From contig CM060732.1 in assembly GCA_030704615.1 (NCBI GenBank), forward strand, positions 60,202,001 through 60,266,000: a stretch of 64,000 nucleotides of DNA, given 5' to 3'. The notes beneath the pieces were generated by a model, which did not search any database, was not told the origin of the DNA, and saw only the letters and a list, made by a program, of their open reading frames with translations. Shown here piece after piece: positions 55,083-64,000 of this stretch; position 1 is the first letter of the stretch, and each line of letters starts with the position of its first letter. The translations under genes were made by a program, and so were the position numbers. Source of the DNA: Takakia lepidozioides (lineage: Eukaryota > Plantae > Bryophyta).

Positions 55083-58000
55083 TCACATACTACCACCATA
55101 ATTGAAAGCTGAGTCCTTGTCCGCGGAGGTACCATCGGGATTTGATCTTCTCCTCCATCTGATAAAGAAGATAGTCTCCAAGACAAGAAACAAGAGGATC
55201 TCGATGGCAGCGATGAAGCCATACCCAATCCTCAACGAGCGCTCTGCATTGGCCAGACGCAGCCCAAGAATCACATTGACTGCTATAAGGAAAAGTGCGA
55301 AGCGGCCAACCCATGCGTGGTACAAGTTCCACTGATGCCGGAACTTGGCATCTTTCTTAGGGCGGAGCACCACTGCAAGAACCTGCAAGAACAGAGAGAG
55401 CCAGGGTTGTGAAGAGATCAACACCCAGTCACTATGGCAGAGTCACATTGTGTAGGTCTCCATGCATCACTCTGACCAACTTTAGTTAAGATTTTCGAAG
55501 TTTTGCTGGTTTCCGGAAAAGGATTTGAAGGAGGAATTGGACATTTTGTCAAATGGAGCTTGGACAAAAGAGCAAGAGGACGCCTAGAGCCAAACTGGAA
55601 CACAGGTAAGTATAGGTGGTGCTAGGATAGTTGTCATGCTGCTCACCAGGGGGAAAACATAACAGGAGGCCCCATTCAAACATCCTGATCCACTAAATAT
55701 TAGCCACCAGGAGGCTGCCAATGGAAACCCTGTATTTGACTTGAGGTGTTGAGTGCTTTTCCACAGTTCAACTCCTTGTATGGTTGGAGGCTTGGTCAAA
55801 CAGTACGAGGTACCTCGGGTCTTGTGTCACTGGCAAAAAGAATGGGGAACACAAAAGTCCCACTTGCATGATAGCTAGTGACAATTGTGAAGTGCCCACC
55901 TCTCTAAGTTGATACAATACTAAGTCACAGAAGATGGAATGTACCTGCAAGCAGGCCAAAACAAAGATGAAGATACCCAAGCCTCGGTGCCTGTTGAGCC
56001 CAGGGAGGGTCACCTTTTGGGTCATTGCAATACCAGTTCCTAATCCAGCAGTGAGTAGGCTATATCCAAGAACCTGGACAGCTGCATGGACATAGAACCA
56101 GGCAGGGTCCCATGCCCGGCAATAGCGTGCAATGAATGCACCAACTGGCAAGAGAACTCCCCCTCCCAAAATATTCACCGTCCCATGGGCCCTTCTCAGC
56201 TTGTCAACTGTTGAGAGGACCTGTTCTGCTGTACTTCCTGCTAAAATGCCTGTAATGCACACTGGTGGAAGTTAGCATCTCACACAAAAGCAACAACAAC
56301 CTTGTGCCCCTCACATTATAAGTTTACAAATGAAGCGGGGTTGGCAGATAAGAGCACTGTACCTTCAGCTCAAAGGAGAAGGCCCTGTACTTCCACCTAT
56401 TCTTGTTCTATACTGACCCTCTCCTTTCTTTTGCTCTGTGGAGTATAGAACACATGCAGTCATGAGTACACATACATACACAAGCTCAGGGTGACAACTG
56501 ACCTGTGGTGAAGTCAGATTTGTACATGTATCTTGAATCATGATACAGTAGGGACCCATCTGAGGCAAGCTCTCCATATGCATACAGCAGGAAGTCAGCA
56601 GCGGCAAGAGATTGGGCAAGATTCACTTGAAATGCCATATACACAGTAGCATTTTTGTTGTCATAATGAGCTTCTGCAGGTGTGACAAACTGAAACCTTG
56701 TACTGTCTCTGACAACTTGACTTGTTGCTTTGTTTTTGAGATAGTACTCAGTGGCCTTTGCTGTGCCAGTGGAGTCCAATGTGGCTACCATAGCTGAGGA
56801 GCCAATCATGTAACCCAATTTCGAGAACCCTAGTCCTATCCACTTTCCTGAGGATAATGGTGCAGAAACCACGATGCTTGCAACATTTGTAGAGTTGTCA
56901 AGAAATGTCTGCAAATCACAGTATGCATCCTGTTACACAAGAAACATTGAAACCATCTATGCCTATAATTAGCAATGCATGTACTATTCAATGACACAAA
57001 GGCCACCAGACAGCTTCAGAATTTTGGCAACTGCCCATCTCTGAACAACCAGGCATGTGGGCCATTGTGGCTTATCATAAAGCCTGGGTAAATTAAATTC
57101 AAACACTGTGCACCCAATAGTTGAGGTCTACTTGCATCTTGAAATTCCCAGTTTGCGGTCCTGTTGATTACACAACACATTCCCCCCATCAATTCCATTC
57201 GAAGAGCTTTCTCCAATATCTCTTCTGGCGGTGTAAAGAGAAGCCCACTCTCTCAATGCCAGCTTTCCCCACTTCAACTGTGCCCCCCAGAAGTCCCAAC
57301 TTCCCTGAAATCTGAAAGAAGATATTGGATTTTCAGCCAAACGATCTATGATAATCTCTGAAATACATCTGCAGTGACTGTGTTGGAGAAAACGATATTC
57401 CAGCATGTGTGAGCGGCCTATGGCCTGCTACAATGGTTGCATATTGTCTATGTACACTTTACAGGAGACAGTCACAAGTCTAACATACAAAAAATTCATA
57501 TCGAAGTCAAGGAAGAGAGGCACAGAACCCACTGATCGGATATGTAAACAAGGTGGTTCATGGGATATCAACCATGCCTTGTGTCCAGGAATACACAGCC
57601 CAAGTTCGATTAAGAAAGCCAATGCCAAAATGTGCTCACAAACTTCTCATCTCCACCTCCCACTCTGCCCAAAGCTTAACCATTTGACCTTCACTCAATC
57701 ATGAGCGGCTATGCACTAACTATGATTGACTGGAGCGAGCCGCGACCATCCGTGAGGATTTGTAGTACATTCTTAGGAAATGACCAGCTGCCATAAGGAA
57801 GTAATGAAACCCAATGTTCCAGAAAGTCCCCATTGCGCACTGATGAATTATAATATCCACTTGCACAGGGTGCTCAATATGCTTAACGATCGCTAGAGTC
57901 CCGTTACTTACAATGGCATCTCTATGGATAATGTAGATTTACAAAGATGAGCCCCACAGTTCGTCATACTAAACGTCCATCCGCACCAAAGGTACTTATT

Positions 58001-58356
58001 TTGCTACAAATACTCAAGCTGCAGATGATGTTAAAATGTGAGTTAGTTATAAGGCCTTAAGAATCCACCCGAATGAAGAAGAAAATGGAAAACAGCGACA
58101 AATGTGTCCTAGCCAAGGAAGACAAGCAAGCGGAGTAGGAGGAGGGGGAGGGGAGACATACCCACAAAAAATAGTCATGGAAAAATATTTCTCTGCATTT
58201 GAGGGGAGTGGTATTGAAGCTGGCCTGAGACAGCCTCAGGCCATTGCAACTCTGGGCCACACTCGTCTGCGCCAGGGACAGCATTACCAGCAGTCCAACG
58301 CACAGCCCCCACACCATCCTTAACGGCTTTCCCTGGTGTCTTCCACACCTCTCCAT
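55083..58356 (-). CDS. Cytochrome b561 and DOMON domain-containing protein (CYBDOM), 4 exons, ~401 aa
   Basis: Exons 58356-58162 (signal peptide), 56908-56503 (DOMON: WIGLGFS..GYMIGSSAMV), 56249-55945 (AHG..NILG.GVLLPVG, WFYVH, HRGLG), 55382-55083 (LRP…R..WN.YH.WVGR); phases are consistent. Confidence 0.9.
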
Positions 58357-60024
58357 GACAAAGTGCCCGAAGACAAACCCGCTAATAACTTACCTTCTTC
58401 TCTCCGTGCGAGATTCCGCAAAGGGAGGAAATGCCTAGCACACGTACACCATACGCCCCGCGATCTGTACAACCATGCAAGAGTGGGGCTCTGAGGAGGG
58501 AAGGGCCGAAGTGTGGTGGCGGCCACCTTTCTCCTCGGGAAAGCCTCGCCGGAAAGGCTCGTCAGAGAGTTGTGGGCCCCAGGGCCCAACGATTTTGAAA
58601 CTTCTTTAGTCTGGACAGTAAAGCTTTCAAATTATGGCGTGCACTGTCTGTCTGCCAAAACGAAGAGTTGCAACGATTTTCACGTTATACAAAGCGCCTG
58701 CACCGCCGCCGCTGCAATCATGGCATTGGTTCCAAGTTTGGCAGGCCACGCACAAGGAGCCATGTAAGGCTTGTACGGTAGTGGACATGGCTCAACCTTC
58801 AAGCAACGACCCATCCACTGCCTCCCCGGGATCCTTGTAAAGTGACGACCCTATCCTACAACCATTACAAATTCACTTTCATTTGTCAGGGCACAAGAAT
58901 TTGTCAGAGCGCAACACTGGCAACGGACGAGGTTATTTTTTCCTCGTTCTCCTTTTCAATTTGAGTAATAGGGCCTCTGTCCCCTCTGGCCCCCTATTAT
59001 TTTTTAAATAAAATGAACGTGAGGTTCTCTGGGTGACAGTATGGCAAGAAGAACTAGTGAGCGAACTGTTTACCGAAGTTTTTATGGAGGAAGCGACATA
59101 GAGCTGCACTTTTTACCTCGGGATTCAAATTGCAGTCTGGTTGGATGCCCGAGCTCACTGCAAGCATCAGGTGTATTGATGTAGGCCTCTGTCACAGCAT
59201 TAGGTCCCCCTAAAGAAACCGTGGGACGATAAAAGCTGACATAGTAACCCAAAGAGGGACGAGGCTCAAGTCAAGGTTACCTTGAGACCCTCCAAATCAG
59301 AGATATTGGCCTCTCGCGATCATAACATCATAATCTAATGTCATTGCTGCTTTGCAGCTGATAGCACCACAACTGATAAACCAAACAGCCTTAACACAAG
59401 CTATAATCACTTATTTGTTGAGTACTGACAAAGTAAAAGAGGATCACCTGAGGGGGTCTGGGTGGAGACCTTGCAGCCCTGTTCAATTACACCTTTGAGT
59501 TCCAAGGTGGGTATATTGTGATGAGTCCAACTCTTGTGCAATTGTGAGAAGAATGATGCCAGCCAAAGCCAGCTTCAACCACTGTCTCTCTCGACCTCTC
59601 CCAACTTTTCAACTATCCTTAGAGACAGAACAGGGTGCTTTTCTTGCCTTTCATCCCTGGATACCAAAGAAGGTATCCTACTTCACAAGGAAAGGCCCGG
59701 CCTGTGGTTGGTGGACTGATGGCACATGACATGGTGAAATATCCCACTGAAAGTTGGAGTGTACATTTAAATCTAACCAGTTATATACAACAATGAATCT
59801 TGTCAAATGAGCTGAAGAAAATCTGGTGGGTATGAGCATCCTTCCTTGCCACTTGCCTTTTAGCGCTCTGATACCCAATTGGTTCTCATGGATACCCTGC
59901 AATTATGCTACAAACAGGGTACACTGAAACCTCTCAGCAACAAGATCTTTCACCAGCATGCCAAAGAGATTTAACCAAGTTGCTGACTTCTTACTTTGGT
60001 TGATGTTAAACAAACCAACTGAGG

Positions 60025-62629
60025 TTACAGACCAATTGCTTCCAAGAGCTTGTTATGCTCTGAGACAGAGGTCATTGTATTAGCTGTGACCAGCCCACTG
60101 GCAGCAACTGCTGGAATCCCAATGCCTGGAAATGTGGAGTCTCCACAGCAAAATAACCCATCAATGGGTGTTGAAGGCCCTGGAAACATGCCTTTCCCAG
60201 CACGAATGGCTGGTCCATATGTTCCACGGTTTCGTCGGAGAAATCGTTCGTGTGTTAGAGGTGTCCCCACTAACTTCACCTCACATTTTTCACGAGAAAA
60301 GCCAGCTCCTAGGGCCCTCTCTACAGCTCTCCACAGTACCTGTATACAACAGATGCCCTTCAGCAAATTTTGACAGTAATCCTTGACATGATCACTCACA
60401 CTTTGTTTCTTGAATTAGGACCCTCATAGTTTCTGCATCCTGTGACCATTCACATCAGCTCCAAAAATCTGGAACCCTTGGAACTGACACAGCAGCTCAA
60501 CAAAAATGGATAGCCCTCACCACATGTTATTTTCATCCCCATATCGAAATGAATCCTTCCCTCAGGTTTGACCATCATGTCATCACAGTACTGGACCAAT
60601 AATAAGATTACAGATGTTCTGTTGACTGAGGGAAGGCATGGCTCACTGTTTGTGCAGCTCTTCCCCGAGCTTCGGAACTCAGGCATGTTTGGGGTGCCCA
60701 TGGTTGGGGCTGACATATGTGGTTTCAGTGGCAACACCACTGAAGAACAATTTCCAGCACTGGGAGGGGCTACTAGATGCTATTCTAGATAACTTATATA
60801 AACAGATTCATGGTTTGTTCCTTCTGTGTTCCTCATTGTCCACATGTTCCGAAACTAGCTGACAAAGCTCAATCTTCCGAGCAAGACATCGTTAATGTGG
60901 AGAGCTATGACAGGTCCCAGTGAGATTCTCATCCAACCCAGAAACGGTTATATCTCTTGTTGCAGGCTGCAACTTCTTGAGAGAACCAACAACTCATGAG
61001 GACATCTGTCTCTCTTGCTCACTTTTCATCTTTTCAGAAATGCAGCTCCCATGCCCACACAGTGCTTTAATGTTGAAATTACAGAATTAAGGCCGGGATG
61101 AAGCCTACCTCCGAGCGCTCAGCCTTGAGCTGGCGGTAAGCAACACTGCGGCGATCAAGACCTGCCCAAATCGCATAGGGTTCTGTGCCTGGTGTATATG
61201 CATGTAATACATGTTTTCCTGGAGGAGCCAATGCCGCGTCCAGTACACTGGGAATTGATATCAACACAACGTTTTGTGGTGCATCAACACCTGGTGCCCA
61301 ATCATTGACGACAATGTGATGAATTTCCAGGTCTGATGGCAAATCCTGCAGGCACTTAAATTTAGATCAACTACTTAGAAGAGAAAACCGCACCACTTTA
61401 TGGGACTATTTGGACGAAAAAAGGCTGTTATTATCTCCAGAGGTCTATATCTGCATCTCTCCAGTCCAATCGCACCCTTTGAATGCAGACACTCGATGAG
61501 TATGAGATTAAAAAAAGAGAGCTGTAGCTGTGACTTTTTCTCAGCCTTGCTGTTCCTACTGACCTGAGCCTTACAGAAATGTTACAACAAATTCATAGTT
61601 TCTGATGGCCATATGGATGTGATGTTGTCAGCTTTGGTGAAGATCCAAGGAAGTATTACCTTAGCGTCAATTCCAAGGTGAAGATGCATGAAGGAATCAC
61701 ACTGGGGTGTGTCCCTTGCTCTTCCTTGCAGCTCTTTTGGGATGGAGTCCACTGGTAGCAGTGCGACTGTGTCCCACATGGATGCATTGCTGATTACTGC
61801 CTTGTGTGCCCGTACAAACTGCATAGGCCATTTGTCCCATCCCTATGTCTCAGTCAACTAAGGAATTTCTATACACAGTATGTACTTGAAGCAGAAATGC
61901 AAACACACTTCAGTGTACATACTTAAAAGTCATGACACAATCTAGTCCATAACAAGGGCTGCCAATCAAGTGATCTTTTGAAGCAGTCACTAATGAATAT
62001 CTATTCTCAGTATGTAATTTAAAGCTCGCAAATGCGGAAATGCCACACACTTCAGTTTAAATACTTTTTAGTTACATGAGTGTCATGGACAATCTACTTC
62101 ATACTCAATAACAAGGGCTGCCAATCAAGTGATCTTTTGAAGCAGAAAGCAACAAACTAGCCAATGCAAAAACCACATGATTTCATAATTTTCTTCCTTT
62201 GAAGCAATCAATCCACTGCACTTCCGCATTCCATTTTTTTAGCACTCAATGTCCTGAGAAAAAAGTGATCTCATCTTGATGAGAAATGAGATCATCTGAT
62301 GTGAGCAATAGCAATGATACACACAGAACATACATCCAACATACAGAGTATCTAGATACAGAATAGGTTAGAAAGTTCAAAAATGGTTTACATGTCACCA
62401 GAAAAGATAATGTTGTCTTAAGAGAGGAGAAATTTACCCGGCCCCCTCTCAGCCTAACTCCTGCCGCCCGCCCAGCTTCCACAACAATGGAGTCCACATG
62501 AGACCCCAGAGCAAGGCGTCCTCCAAATTTTTGCAAACCCTGCACAAGGGCCTGAACTATGGCCCCTGTGCCACCACGTGGGTACTCTAGCACACAGCCC
62601 GGCTTATACCACTCTCCAAACATATACAC
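60025..62629 (-). CDS. CRTISO-like FAD-dependent oxidoreductase (phytoene desaturase/carotenoid isomerase superfamily); last 4 exons only, 5' part beyond the window
   Basis: Exons 62629-62438, 61818-61660, 61345-61109, 60339-60025. Motifs [66 protein letters not shown]. Confidence 0.9.
60676..60747 (+). pseudogene. Glycoside hydrolase family 31 (alpha-glucosidase/xylosidase) fragment inside a CRTISO-like intron
   Basis: [24 protein letters not shown] matches the conserved GH31 motif [12 protein letters not shown]. Confidence 0.75.
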
Positions 62630-62784
62630 CTGATAGAGCCATATCGTCAAATGCTCAATTGATACCTCATGTGCAAATGGACAAGTAGTTCTAATGATTC
62701 TTCCATAAGGTTTCACACATATAATGTTCAAAGCACAGGAGAGACTAGAGTCAGAAGTCATAGCCACTGATCCACAAGAAAAAA

Positions 62785-63480
62785 TTGATACTTTATAACG
62801 TCCGCGGAAAGCTCGAAGACCTTATGGAACAAGAGAAACAAGGCCCTCCACAAGTAGCCCAAAAACAACTGTTGCTCAAGGGATTGTCTAAGAATCAACA
62901 CCTCATGCAGACATGCTGCTAAGCATTTCTGATCCTCATAATGGAAATCCTCTGTGAGAGATTTAAGCACATCTCCCACGGATATAGTAGAAAGGACAGT
63001 GAAAGAGGAAATGATCTTCACTTTCAATATCCCTCCTGTTGTCCCCAGTGCAAGTGGGGCACTGGTGGTCCTCACGCTGCAGGTTGTCCCACCTACCAGT
63101 CTCTATCCGCAGACTGTGGGAGCCCACTTAAACCTCCCCAATGCCCTTAGAAGAGAGGGAGATAGAGCTGCAGACAGGTAATTGGCCACAATTCTATCGC
63201 CACAGAGGACCAAGAGTAGAACTGCAGTTTTGTTGTAGATTGGCTGGTTTCCAGGTTCACCTGATGTGAAGTTCCATAAGCTCCTGTCTGATGCATCTGT
63301 TGCTGGCCTGCTTGGACGAAATTTCCACCCCCTCCATATTTTGTGGCAGTGGGGAAGCAACGGAGTGTCCATGGCACTCAAAGAAGTTGGCAACCTATTA
63401 AACCAGCGTTTTTGAGTCTGATACAGGTTGCCAGGGCCTGGGCTGGTAGCATTTTGGGTGGTAGGGTTTGCAACCTTGTT
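62785..63480 (-). mobile_element. LINE family B 3' fragment (degenerate) in CRTISO-like intron
   Basis: NYLSAALSPSLLRALGRF and FHYEDQKCLAACLHE..LRQSLEQ; the 3' end ctttataacgtccgcggaaagctc is shared with 14330-14350. Confidence 0.85.
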
Positions 63481-63489
63481 AGAAAGAAT

Positions 63490-63789
63490 GTACTCATGAG
63501 ACATTGTTTGCCATAGCCTTGTGGCCATTGACTGTGCGCCCAGTTTGAGCGGAACACTCAGGGACAGATACTACCTTTGTCAGGGGGCTGACGCCAGCAG
63601 TATGACTTACCTTGAAACAGACAATTGATCCGAGTTTTCCAGATATCCTCTAGAAATCCCTTCACACAACCATCAATCTGCTGTGTGTGATTTGCCCAAT
63701 AAGGCCTGGGCTTTTGGCTCAGCCACGAGATTTGCGAAGTTGGTAAACAGAGGTACAAGAACAATTCCCTTGATGGAATTGAACATGGC

Positions 63790-63820
<31 letters not shown>

Positions 63821-64000
63821 TTGTACTCATAAGACGTTGTTTGCCGTAGCCTTGTGGCCATTGACCCCGCGCCCAGTTTGAGCAGGAACAAAAGGGACAG
63901 AACCTACCTCTGTCAGGGGCTGACGTTGGTAGTGTGACTTACCATCATATATAGAATTAATCCGGGTTTTCCAGATATCCTCTAGAAATCCCTTCACACA
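63490..64000 (-). mobile_element. Two head-to-tail LINE family A 3' fragments (second runs off the window)
   Basis: actcat(a/g)agac(g/a)ttgtttgcc(g/a)tagccttgtggccattgac at ~63492 and ~63825, near-identical to 12445-12620. Confidence 0.9.

Noticed and set aside
59864-59880. Near-match to the tRNA-Met primer-binding site (TGGGTATCAGAGC), minus strand
   Set aside because: It has an extra base and no adjacent LTR end or gag.

Overview
Eukaryotic, intron-rich land-plant nuclear DNA. A non-seed plant (bryophyte, lycophyte or fern) is inferred from the Tcn1/Tf2-like chromovirus, PLS-PPR style and RTEX-like LINEs. There are two gene-dense blocks. Block 1 (5.7-29.4 kb) holds an intronless YrdC/Sua5 gene head-to-head with a 12-exon GPAT9, an intronless ribosomal-L1-domain gene head-to-head with RPS23, and a 13-exon GSK3/SHAGGY kinase. 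Block 2 (55-64 kb) holds a cytochrome b561-DOMON gene and the 3' exons of a CRTISO-like oxidoreductase. Between them (~30-54 kb) is a TE and gene-fragment graveyard: a Ty3 pol fragment, captured ABCC/MRP and PPR fragments, hAT MITEs with 8-bp TSDs and ~0.93-kb inverted repeats. The most notable signal is several independent traces of a piggyBac-like family: a complete TTAA|CCC...GGG|TTAA element, two orphan right ends and a frameshifted Cys-rich domain. Introns are colonised by two LINE families, one with an unusual 24-nt tandem 3' tail that includes its stop codon. Exon models were built by hand from protein recognition plus GT-AG and phase checks; no database searches were run.
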